A DNA stretch of 64,000 nt from Nitrosopumilus sp. (GCA_046754145.1 JBHHVF010000001.1:5791-69790), one strand, 5' to 3'. Positions 39,621 through 48,124 are shown, counted from the stretch's first letter. Numbers and translations: made by a program. Notes: generated by a model from the sequence alone, not told the origin.

Positions 39621-40580
39621 TTGAAAGCGATTTTTGTACTAGTTGCTGTGGTAGTAATTTTTGGTTATATATGGTATGCAGATATTTTACCGTTTAGTTC
39701 TTCAAATAATCCTATTGGTTTGTCTCCAACTGTTGAAAATATTGAACAAATTTCTAATACTTTTACCTCCAGTGGATTGTCCCCAACTGTTGAAAATCTT
39801 CAACAAATCTCTAATGCTATTACTTCTGATGAACATAAAATAGTCTATTACTCTTTTGAAGATGTTCCGTCTATTCCTGACAAACAAATCCCTGTTAATG
39901 CATTAAAAAAAGCAATTGAGATGTGGGAAACAAATAATCCAAATTTAGAATTTATTCAATCTGAAAATTCAAACATAGAGATTAGATGGCAAGTACATGC
40001 ATCACCAACTCATGTTGGACTTGCAACATGTAATTCTGTTCTATTTGGAATTCTGAGTCACTGTGTATTAGACATCTCTATTGGTGATAATGACTGTAAT
40101 GGCAATTTTGTTCAAGATGATGAAAACATGGTAACCAATATTCTGATGCATGAAATTGGTCATGCCCTCGGATTAGGACATACTAGTGAAGCTGGTCATT
40201 TGATGTTTTCAACTGAATCCCCACAGATCTCTTTTGACACCAAAGGATATGTAATTCCTGATAGATTTGAAGAACTTTACATTGGTCAACAGGCTTTGCT
40301 GCAACAAGAAAAAGAAATTCGTACAGAACTTGGCTTACTTGATGTAAAAATTTCTCGTGAACAATCACAATACGATGAATATTACAAACAATATGAATAC
40401 TATGAAGGAAAAACACTTTCTCCTTCAGATTATCAAAAGGCACAAAAAATTCTCAATAAGGTAAACTCTGAAGCTGATAAACTTAATGCAATGATTGATC
40501 AACAAAATCAACTAATTGATGAAATCAATGAAATTCTCAATCAATTAGGATGTAAACCTAATTTTGAAATTAGCTCATAA
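39621..40580 (+). CDS. secreted zinc metalloprotease, metzincin (matrixin-like) with C-terminal coiled coil
   Basis: N-terminal TM/signal. HEIGHALGLGHT. Gln/Glu-rich C-terminus. TTG start. Paralog of 24809-25417. Confidence 0.75.
   Translation: MKAIFVLVAVVVIFGYIWYADILPFSSSNNPIGLSPTVENIEQISNTFTSSGLSPTVENLQQISNAITSDEHKIVYYSFEDVPSIPDKQIPVNALKKAIEMWETNNPNLEFIQSENSNIEIRWQVHASPTHVGLATCNSVLFGILSHCVLDISIGDNDCNGNFVQDDENMVTNILMHEIGHALGLGHTSEAGHLMFSTESPQISFDTKGYVIPDRFEELYIGQQALLQQEKEIRTELGLLDVKISREQSQYDEYYKQYEYYEGKTLSPSDYQKAQKILNKVNSEADKLNAMIDQQNQLIDEINEILNQLGCKPNFEISS
39717..39830 (+). repeat. 2 x 57-bp diverged tandem repeat inside the metzincin gene
   Basis: Encodes GLSPTVENIEQISNTFTSS / GLSPTVENLQQISNAITSD. 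Confidence 0.85.
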
Positions 40581-40702
40581 TTACCCATATAATAAAATGA
40601 ATCCAACAGCTAAAGCTGCTATTGAAATTCCCATTGTGAGATAAAATTTCATATTCATTATGAATGCTAAAATTCACTAAAATTAATAGTTTAAAATTTG
40701 AA

Positions 40703-40781
40703 AAGCAAGCAAGTTTGATATCTTTTTGCATCGGCTCTTTGGGAGTTACGGTTAGATATCAAACCAGCAATCATCTTGCTT
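40703..40781 (+). other. long hairpin followed by a T-run in a ~400-nt gene-free region (terminator or small RNA candidate)
   Basis: Perfect 11-bp arms GTTTGATATCT (40713-40723) / AGATATCAAAC (40754-40764). Outer AAGCAAG/CTTGCTT pairing. TTTTT at 40786-40790. Confidence 0.4.
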
Positions 40782-40982
40782 CCAATTTTTAACAATTTGT
40801 ATTTTCAAAAATTCTTAAAATAAAATATGTCTTGATATTTGATCAAAATGGGTTGAAAAAGTTACCTTATTTTGATTTTTAGAAAAAAATTGTGCCTACC
40901 TATCACTGAAAATATTTTCTTAGGCGTGTAAAGTGTGTTCAAAATGTACATACAATTTCTTTTAGTCTAATCTGTCTAAACC

Positions 40983-41315
40983 ATGTCGAGTCATCCGTTT
41001 GGCGGCACTCATACGTTTGCCTTAACCCTACCATACCCTAGAATTCAATTGCCGTCAAACATTTTTCATTTAACAAAAAATTTTTCAATTCCAAAAACTA
41101 TCCATAATTACTTGATCATAATATGTAAAGGTGTACACAAAAACCAGCAATTAGAAAAATGTGAGTTTGTTCATGATGGAAACTGGGAAGATTCTGAACT
41201 AGTTGAACATCAAAAATATCATAAATCATTAGAAGATGATAACTATTCTTGGCTAGGGTTTGACTTACCGCAACCTTCTGGAAAATTTAGTGGTCGTGAT
41301 GGAAAGAGGGTATAA
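40983..41315 (+). CDS. doubtful ORF (110 aa); only the C-terminal Cys/His-containing part looks protein-like
   Basis: No convincing promoter. The N-terminal third is compositionally odd (locally GC-richer). Confidence 0.2.
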   Translation: MSSHPFGGTHTFALTLPYPRIQLPSNIFHLTKNFSIPKTIHNYLIIICKGVHKNQQLEKCEFVHDGNWEDSELVEHQKYHKSLEDDNYSWLGFDLPQPSGKFSGRDGKRV

Positions 41316-41415
41316 TTGCGATCAATTGTCTTTGTGGAGATATTTCAAATTAACTGCATATAATGCACAATTGAAAATCTCAATAATTTTATTCTCAGAA
41401 TGAATACGAATAATC

Positions 41416-41952
41416 ATGAGTGAGATTGATGTTGTAGCATGGTCAAAGGACACTTTTCTTACCTGGTCTGATTTTAAAGCAGAATCAAATCCTGCAATCT
41501 ATGAAGACTCTCATAGTGTCATTAAATATCGATATACATGGACCGTCAATTCTGATAAAATAGGTAATCGAATTATTTTTTTTATTGAGAATGTTCGTCT
41601 TTCAGTTGATTTTCAATCTCTCTTGTCCTGGGGCCGTATTTCACAAACTAATGATAGTTTACTTAAACATGAACAAGGACATTTTGATCTAGCTGAATTG
41701 CTAAAACGTGAAAATCTGGAAAAATTACAAAATAAATTTTATGGCAAACAATTTCCTACAAGAGGTCAAAATGAAGAACAAAGAAAACAATTTGCAAAAG
41801 AGGACTCTGGAAAAATGATTGCAGAAGAGATTGAAAAACTAGAACAATTATTATCTCAAAAACGTCAAGAATATGACGAGCAAACAAATTTTGGTCAAAA
41901 TTTAGAAAAACAATCAAAGTATAATGTGACCTTTGATAAATTGAGATTATAA
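41416..41952 (+). CDS. DUF922-like putative Zn-dependent peptidase
   Basis: LLKHEQGHFDLAEL (HExxH followed by F/D, as in DUF922). No signal peptide is seen. Confidence 0.55.
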   Translation: MSEIDVVAWSKDTFLTWSDFKAESNPAIYEDSHSVIKYRYTWTVNSDKIGNRIIFFIENVRLSVDFQSLLSWGRISQTNDSLLKHEQGHFDLAELLKRENLEKLQNKFYGKQFPTRGQNEEQRKQFAKEDSGKMIAEEIEKLEQLLSQKRQEYDEQTNFGQNLEKQSKYNVTFDKLRL

Positions 41953-42151
41953 TTTGTCATGCACTGCAGACTGATTTCTTATAAACAGATTTTTTGATAA
42001 TATTACATGGATTCTGTAAAGTTACCTAAATTCAAATGGGATGAAATATCTGAACTTAATTCTGGACATACTCCAGAAGAATGGGGATCACAAAAGAAAA
42101 AAACTATTTCTAAAACTTTTGTAGCTTATACTATTACATTGAATGTTTAGA

Positions 42152-42442
42152 TTATTTCTCAATAATTTTGTTTTCAGGAATTGAATTAATGTAATTCACT
42201 AAACTTCTATAGTATTTTAAATGAAAATCTAAATCTCTAATCTCTGTTTGTTTTAACTCTTCGAGTTCTGGACCAAAATCTCTTTTGTCTGTTTGAATAT
42301 GATTTAATGTGTTTTCGTTTACTTCAATCATATGAAAAAGACTATGGAGTACTTCTCCTTTTGATAATGTATTATCGCATGATTTTTGTAATAGTGTCTC
42401 AACCCAGTCCATGATAATTGAGACCAGAATTATTATATCCAC
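42152..42442 (-). CDS. hypothetical protein
   Basis: ORF only. The internal ATG (MDWVETLL) is possibly the true start. Confidence 0.4.
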   Translation of the reverse strand: MDIIILVSIIMDWVETLLQKSCDNTLSKGEVLHSLFHMIEVNENTLNHIQTDKRDFGPELEELKQTEIRDLDFHLKYYRSLVNYINSIPENKIIEK

Positions 42443-42500
42443 TCCTAAATTGATAAATTCTTACCTTTACTCTATTTTTTTTTAGTTTAGGCTGAAATGA

Positions 42501-42635
42501 CTAATTTTTTTTCATTGTTTGTTTTTTTTGATTCATGATTTCCTTGTTTCTATCAATATCTGAATGAACTTCAACATGTTCATACAACTGCTCTTTTGAT
42601 TCAAATAATTGCTCACAATAATAGCATTGATGCAT
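42501..42635 (-). CDS. classical C2H2 zinc-finger micro-protein (44 aa, not in the ORF track)
   Basis: Hand translation gives MHQCYYCEQLFESKEQLYEHVEVHSDIDRNKEIMNQKKQTMKKN*, which fits C-x2-C-x3-F-x5-L-x2-H-x3-H exactly. Confidence 0.45.
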   Translation of the reverse strand: MHQCYYCEQLFESKEQLYEHVEVHSDIDRNKEIMNQKKQTMKKN

Positions 42636-42743
42636 CACTTAATTACGTCCATCTTAGATTAATCAGTTTCTCTATTTTCATGTTAAAATGCATGATATAT
42701 TAAAAATTTATGAAAATAAAAAATAAAAATTAGATTTAGGTAT

Positions 42744-42989
42744 TTATTTGCCTTCGTTAGCTGCCCTTACTTCTGCTGCTAAGTCTCCGAATGGGTCTTC
42801 ATGCCACTTTTCTTTATTCAAATCAGCGCCAAGAGCTCCTGTCTTTGGAAGCAAACCTTCTTCTGCTTGACTTTGTAAGGTTGCATCCTCAGGAACATAA
42901 TTTTGTTGATTTGCTGTACCATAAGCAATTGCTGCACCCATTGCGATAACGCCTACAGCAATTCCTACATAAACTAATGCGTTTCCCAT
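42744..42989 (-). CDS. small membrane protein, hypothetical
   Basis: N-terminal TM (ALVYVGIAVGVIAMGAAIAYG) and a charged tail. Confidence 0.5.
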   Translation of the reverse strand: MGNALVYVGIAVGVIAMGAAIAYGTANQQNYVPEDATLQSQAEEGLLPKTGALGADLNKEKWHEDPFGDLAAEVRAANEGK

Positions 42990-43052
42990 GAGTAGTAATT
43001 TTCATTTTTTATATTAATCAAGTAGGTATGCACTGTCTTGCAATGAATTTAT

Positions 43053-43370
43053 TTAATGAGTCTCTAGTTCAATTCCAGAGTTACATGAAGGTAATTTACC
43101 TGATTCATTTTTGAATTGCTCAATTAGTTGTAGTTGGCGTTCTTTTGGATTATCTGTAAATTCTCTTTGGTATGATTGAGTTTTTTGTTTGCATTCATTT
43201 CCTTCAAAATCTGTATCTACATATTTTGTAAATACTTTTTCTAGATTATTTGTCTCCCCAATGTATATTGCTTCTTTGTTTCTATTATAGAGTACATATA
43301 CTCCTGGAATTGGTTTTACAAATTTGGCACTCTCTAGCCAAACTCTCATTTTATCCTCAAGCACTTCCAT
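43053..43370 (-). CDS. GIY-YIG-like domain protein (possibly degenerate nuclease)
   Basis: GVYVLYNRNKEAIYIGET gives GIY-x10-YIG spacing. The usually conserved Arg after YIG is not evident (NLEKVF). Confidence 0.5.
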   Translation of the reverse strand: MEVLEDKMRVWLESAKFVKPIPGVYVLYNRNKEAIYIGETNNLEKVFTKYVDTDFEGNECKQKTQSYQREFTDNPKERQLQLIEQFKNESGKLPSCNSGIELETH

Positions 43371-43439
43371 GATCTATGATAATTTCACTAGATATTAAAC
43401 TAGATTACAAAAATTTTGATATTACAAGAACCTTCATGC

Positions 43440-43449
43440 TTTTAATATT
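43440..43449 (+). promoter_or_regulatory. TATA box (TTTTAATATT) for the helicase gene
   Basis: Centre ~25 nt upstream of position 43470, where the helicase reading frame opens. Confidence 0.4.
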
Positions 43450-43607
43450 GAGAAAAAAGAGAATAAACCCTGTCTCTTTTAGAAAAATTTCCTAAACAAT
43501 TCAATCCTCGAGAAATTCAAAAAGAGATCATCACTGAAATTGAAGAGAATCTAAAATCTGGATACAAAAAAATTGTTTTATGTGCTCCCACTGGAGTTGG
43601 GAAATCC

Positions 43608-45149
43608 TTGATTGGTGCTACAGTCTCTAGATATTTTGATAGTTCCTTTACTGTAACTGCATCAAAACATCTTCAGGATCAATACATCAAGGATATCCAA
43701 TTTCTAAAACCCGTTAAAGGAAAACAGAATTTTCCATGTCTCAAACTAATGTCTTCTGAGAAAGTTGATAATTCGAGAAGAGCTATGAGGTGGGGTCTAA
43801 CATGTGATAAAGGACAGTGTCAGGAGCGAGTAAGTAAAAATGGTAAAGAAATCATAGAGGTTTGTAAATTTAAGCCAACAATTAAGCAAGTTGAAGAAAA
43901 TACTCAGGATTCTCAGTCATGTCATTATTATTTACAAAAATATGAAGCTCTTGTATCAAAGCATTCTTTGTGGAATTATCACGCATTTTTTCAAATCATG
44001 AAATTTAACAAGAATCTTTTTGAAGATTATCTTAACAGGAAAGTATCTGTTTTTGATGAAGCACATAAAATTGAAGATCAAATAATACAATTTGTTGGAT
44101 TTGATATTTTTAGTGGGCAAGTAGATGAATGTAATCTAAATTCAGAAAAATATGATTTTACAGATTTAGATTCTATGATAAAATTAACTGATGATATTGC
44201 TTATTCGTATGCAAAACAAATCAAGGATATCAAGGAGAGCACTGGATTTCAAAACAATCCTGATTATGAATTAATTACAAGATTGGCAAGACGTTTTGAT
44301 AGAGCTGCTCAAGCAAAAATCGACATCATGGATGATAAATACAATTTTGTGGTAAATGATCCTGTAAAGGATTTGAATGGAAATTTTAGAACTATTTCTA
44401 TAAAACCTATTGATGTTTCAAAATTTGCAAATACTTTTTTTGAAACTGAACATCAGATTTTCATGTCTGCAACAATTGACAAATCAAGTTTTTGTGAAAA
44501 TATGGGTTTGGAAAAAAATGATGTTGCGTTTATTGATACTACAAAATCACCATTTCCAGTTGAAAATAGAAAGATTGATCTTCTTAATATCCGACGACTT
44601 AGTTATGGTTCTACTGAAGAAGATGAACTTGAGGTAATCAAAACAATTGATAGAATATTAGATGAGCATTCAAATGAACGAGGATTGATTTTAACATCTT
44701 CTATTCCAAGATGCCAAAAAATACTTAGATATCTTTCTCCAAAAAATACTGGAAGAATTAGAATCTGTCATAGTAAAAACAAGGATGGAAAAACACAAGA
44801 CGAAGTCATTTTTGAGCATGCAAAGGATCCAACCGGTGTCTTATTGTCTTCTTCACTTTGGGAAGGCGTTGACTTGAAAGATAATTTGTCTAGATTCCAA
44901 ATTATTGCAAAGATTCCTTATCCTAACTATAAAGAAAAAAGAACCAAGGCAAAGATGGATAAATTTCCTTTATGGTATACCTCTCAAACTCTAACTAAAT
45001 TATTACAAGGATTTGGTCGTTCAATTAGAAGTGAAGATGATTGGGCGAGAACTTTTGTTCTTGACGCTGCTGTAAACAATGTTCTTTTCAAAGCCCAACA
45101 AATGATTCCAAAGGCATACTATGATGTTTTAGGAATCGAAAACCAATAA
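43608..45149 (+). CDS. XPD/Rad3/DinG-family (DEAH, Fe-S type) helicase; the biological N-terminus probably begins near 43470
   Basis: VFDEAHKIED (DEAH box), Cys cluster between motifs I and II, and C-terminal helicase motifs (LLSSSLWEGVDL, QGFGRSIRS). The Walker A CAPTGVGKS is encoded at 43581-43607, upstream of the first TTG. Confidence 0.8.
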   Translation: MIGATVSRYFDSSFTVTASKHLQDQYIKDIQFLKPVKGKQNFPCLKLMSSEKVDNSRRAMRWGLTCDKGQCQERVSKNGKEIIEVCKFKPTIKQVEENTQDSQSCHYYLQKYEALVSKHSLWNYHAFFQIMKFNKNLFEDYLNRKVSVFDEAHKIEDQIIQFVGFDIFSGQVDECNLNSEKYDFTDLDSMIKLTDDIAYSYAKQIKDIKESTGFQNNPDYELITRLARRFDRAAQAKIDIMDDKYNFVVNDPVKDLNGNFRTISIKPIDVSKFANTFFETEHQIFMSATIDKSSFCENMGLEKNDVAFIDTTKSPFPVENRKIDLLNIRRLSYGSTEEDELEVIKTIDRILDEHSNERGLILTSSIPRCQKILRYLSPKNTGRIRICHSKNKDGKTQDEVIFEHAKDPTGVLLSSSLWEGVDLKDNLSRFQIIAKIPYPNYKEKRTKAKMDKFPLWYTSQTLTKLLQGFGRSIRSEDDWARTFVLDAAVNNVLFKAQQMIPKAYYDVLGIENQ

Positions 45150-45470
45150 TTGTTATAGAATGAAAATAGTTGGACTATGTTGATTTACAGTAATGCGTTA
45201 CTGAACACAACAACTGATAACGCAAAACCCCATATCCCAATGTGAATATTTTTTGTATTTTTTGGTGTGATGTTTTGTATATTCATACAGTGTTATCTTA
45301 AGATCGATTCATAATAACTTGCATGTTTTTTTTGATAATAACAATATAATCGTGCCTGAAACCTGTAGTAGATAACAGAAATTTAATTATAATGATTATT
45401 TTTTCTGCCTGTTATCTCTGAAAATTATTTCAGATCGTGATCTATAAAGCTTGTGGATAAATTGTTCATT

Positions 45471-47144
45471 CTATGGATTTGCAGTAGTAATTGCACCTTG
45501 TGCAGCAGAACCTACTAGTGTTGCATATTTGGCAAGAGCACCTGATGTGTAGTTTGGTTTAGGTTTACTCCATTGTTTTCTTCTGGACTCTAGTTCTTCT
45601 TCTGATATGTGAAGATCAATTACATTAGTTTCTATATCAATTGTTATCTCGTCATCATCTTTTACTAGAGCAATAGGGCCGCCAACATATGCTTCAGGTG
45701 CAACATGGCCTACCATAAATCCACGCGTACCTCCAGAAAATCTACCATCTGTTACCATTGCAACTTTTTTTCCTAATCCTTGACCTACAAGTGCTGCCGT
45801 AGTAGCTAACATTTCTCTCATTCCCGGACCTCCTTTTGGTCCTTCATATCTAATTACTATTACTTGACCTTCATCAATTTCCCCTTTTGACACTGAATCA
45901 AATGCATTTTCTTCTCTATCAAAGACACGAGCTTTTCCAGTAAATTTTGTCATCTCTACTCCTGCAGTTTTAATCACTGCTCCATCTGGAGCTAGACTTC
46001 CTTTGAGAACGACTGCAGTTCCTACTGAGTGAAGCGGATTCTCAATTGGTCTTACAATGTGCTGCTCTGTTTCTGGAATATTAAATGAAACAAGATTTTC
46101 TTTAATTGTTTTTCCGGTAACTGTCATACAGTTTTCATTAAGCAATTCTTTTTCCAGTAATTTCTTTAAGACAAATGGAATTCCTCCAATTTTATCCAGT
46201 GAATTCATTACATAGTTCCCTCCTGGTTTCATGTCTGCTAAATGTGGAGTTTTTTTCCTTATTCTCTCAAAATCATCATAAGTCAAATCAATATTTACTT
46301 CATTTGCTAATGCAAGTAAGTGTAATATTCCATTTGTTGATCCTCCAACAGAATTTAACATTGTAATTGCATTTTCAAATGCCTCAAATGATAGAATTTC
46401 TTTAGGTCTGATGTTCATTTCCAATAATTTTGTACATGTGACTCCTGTATCATAAACCATTTTGTCTCGTCTGTCATCTGATGCTGGTGGACTGGCACTT
46501 CCTGGTAAAGCAAGACCAATTGCTTCAGAAATTGATGCCATTGTATTTGCAGTGAACATTCCTCCACAAGATCCTTCATTTGGGCATGCAGTATTTTCAA
46601 TATTTTTTAGACCTTCGAGAGTTAATTGACCTGCATCATATGCCCCGACTGCTTCATAAACATCGACTATTGTCAGCTCTTTACCATCAAGCATTCCTGG
46701 CATAATGGTTCCTCCATAGACAAACACTGATGGAATATTTAATCTAGCCATTGCCATCATAGTTCCTGGTAGACTTTTATCACATCCTGCAATTCCAACT
46801 AATGCATCGTACTGATGTGCTCTGACCATTAATTCAATTGAATCTGCAATAACTTCACGAGAAACTAGTGATGACTTCATTCCTTCATGACCCATTGCTA
46901 TGCCATCGCTTACTGCAATTGTTGAAAATTCTCTAGGTGTTGCACCTGCATCTGAAACTCCTTCTTTAGCTTTTAGAGCTAATTTTGGTAGATGAATGTT
47001 ACATGGTGTTGCTTCATTTCCTGTGTGACATACACCAATGAATTGTTTTGACAAATCATCATCATTTAGTCCCATAGCTTTGTACATTGCTCTATGAGGT
47101 GAACGTGCAGTTCCCTCGACGACATTTCTACTAGAAATTTCCAT
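45471..47144 (-). CDS. ilvD: dihydroxy-acid dehydratase
   Basis: [31 protein letters not shown] Fe-S motifs. Confidence 0.95.
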   Translation of the reverse strand: MEISSRNVVEGTARSPHRAMYKAMGLNDDDLSKQFIGVCHTGNEATPCNIHLPKLALKAKEGVSDAGATPREFSTIAVSDGIAMGHEGMKSSLVSREVIADSIELMVRAHQYDALVGIAGCDKSLPGTMMAMARLNIPSVFVYGGTIMPGMLDGKELTIVDVYEAVGAYDAGQLTLEGLKNIENTACPNEGSCGGMFTANTMASISEAIGLALPGSASPPASDDRRDKMVYDTGVTCTKLLEMNIRPKEILSFEAFENAITMLNSVGGSTNGILHLLALANEVNIDLTYDDFERIRKKTPHLADMKPGGNYVMNSLDKIGGIPFVLKKLLEKELLNENCMTVTGKTIKENLVSFNIPETEQHIVRPIENPLHSVGTAVVLKGSLAPDGAVIKTAGVEMTKFTGKARVFDREENAFDSVSKGEIDEGQVIVIRYEGPKGGPGMREMLATTAALVGQGLGKKVAMVTDGRFSGGTRGFMVGHVAPEAYVGGPIALVKDDDEITIDIETNVIDLHISEEELESRRKQWSKPKPNYTSGALAKYATLVGSAAQGAITTANP

Positions 47145-47213
47145 AACATGTGATTTTCTGGCTGCTATAATTTAGACTTTATTGATATTATTAATTGAAA
47201 AACTCTCATTGAG

Positions 47214-47221
47214 TTTAAATT
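47214..47221 (+). promoter_or_regulatory. TATA box (TTTAAATT) for the split zinc-ribbon ORF
   Basis: Centre 26 nt upstream of ATG 47243. Confidence 0.45.
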
Positions 47222-47242
47222 GTAAATATTTTGGATGACGTT

Positions 47243-47440
47243 ATGGAACAAAAAGCACTGGAATGCCCAATATGTAAAAGCAATAAAGCAGAGATAGCAG
47301 GAGAAAATGTAAAATTAAGTGGAAGGTTCAAGGATAAGGAATTTCTTACTACTGAACTAACAGTTTTATGATGTGCTGGATGTGGATACTATATGTTATT
47401 TGACAAGATGGCTCAATTTACAACGAAAGATGAGTCTTGA
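47243..47440 (+). pseudogene. zinc-ribbon ORF interrupted by an in-frame TGA (codon 43)
   Basis: MEQKALECPICKSNKAEIAGENVKLSGRFKDKEFLTTELTVL-TGA(47369-47371)-CAGCGYYMLFDKMAQFTTKDES*. The second CxxC of the ribbon lies just after the stop. Confidence 0.4.
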
Positions 47441-47445
47441 TATTC

Positions 47446-48063
47446 TTATTTGATTATTTCTTGATTTTCTAATTGTAGCAAATATGCATCTAATTCTTCA
47501 GGTGTTTCGCCACCAAATACAATCAATATTCTATCATCTTCCATGATTTCATAATCTCTAATATCTGATACTTGCTCTCCATTAATGAAGAACTTAAGTG
47601 TGTAATCCTCATTTGTACAGAAAGATTTTCCATCTGGAAATACATAGCATTGATCATCAAGACCAATACTCAATGTCTCAAATAGATATCCTAACGTAAC
47701 TCCAGTAGCATGTTTGTGAATAGTAGTTCCGTCTCTTCCTTCAAAATGAATCCAAGCTGATTTAATTTGAAAAGCTGGGCCATCAAAGTCAAACGTATCT
47801 CCAAAAATCTTTACTAGTATTGCTGCATGTGAGTGCTCACTACCTAATGCGCCAGCATTTTCTGGTCCACCAGGTGCACTTGATTGATCCATATTGACAA
47901 ACATCCATACTGCATATCCAACAATAACTGCAATTACAGCAAAAACTCCTACTGCAATTAGAGTCTGTTTTCTTTTTTCTGCTGAATGTTTTGTAGCATA
48001 ATTTTCACGTTTTTGTTCACGTTCTCTTCTTTCTTTTCGTCCCATGAGATAAACTGCTTCCAA
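47446..48063 (-). CDS. membrane-anchored hypothetical protein (extracytoplasmic His-rich domain)
   Basis: Basic N-terminus, one TM (LIAVGVFAVIAVIVGYAVWMF), HSHAAILVKIFGD..IHFEG..IHKH. Confidence 0.55.
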   Translation of the reverse strand: MEAVYLMGRKERREREQKRENYATKHSAEKRKQTLIAVGVFAVIAVIVGYAVWMFVNMDQSSAPGGPENAGALGSEHSHAAILVKIFGDTFDFDGPAFQIKSAWIHFEGRDGTTIHKHATGVTLGYLFETLSIGLDDQCYVFPDGKSFCTNEDYTLKFFINGEQVSDIRDYEIMEDDRILIVFGGETPEELDAYLLQLENQEIIK

Positions 48064-48124
48064 AATTTGCCCTAATTAACCATTCGATAAAAACAATAAA
48101 TAAAATCAAAAATTGCTGATCCTT

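Noticed and set aside
35040-45470. Direct repeats (att sites) flanking the ORFan island.
   Set aside because: Comparing the 35.0-35.2 kb and 45.15-45.47 kb spacers by eye revealed no shared words of 12 nt or more. Only a local 9-bp hairpin (AGATAACAG/CTGTTATCT near 45370-45420) was seen, and it looks like a bidirectional terminator.
47369-47371. Selenocysteine (or other recoding) at the in-frame TGA of the split zinc ribbon.
   Set aside because: No Sec machinery or SECIS-like structure is visible in the window. TGA is used as an ordinary stop by many genes here (for example 10649-10651, 10915-10917, 11178-11180). It is kept as a finding only as a probable nonsense mutation or error.
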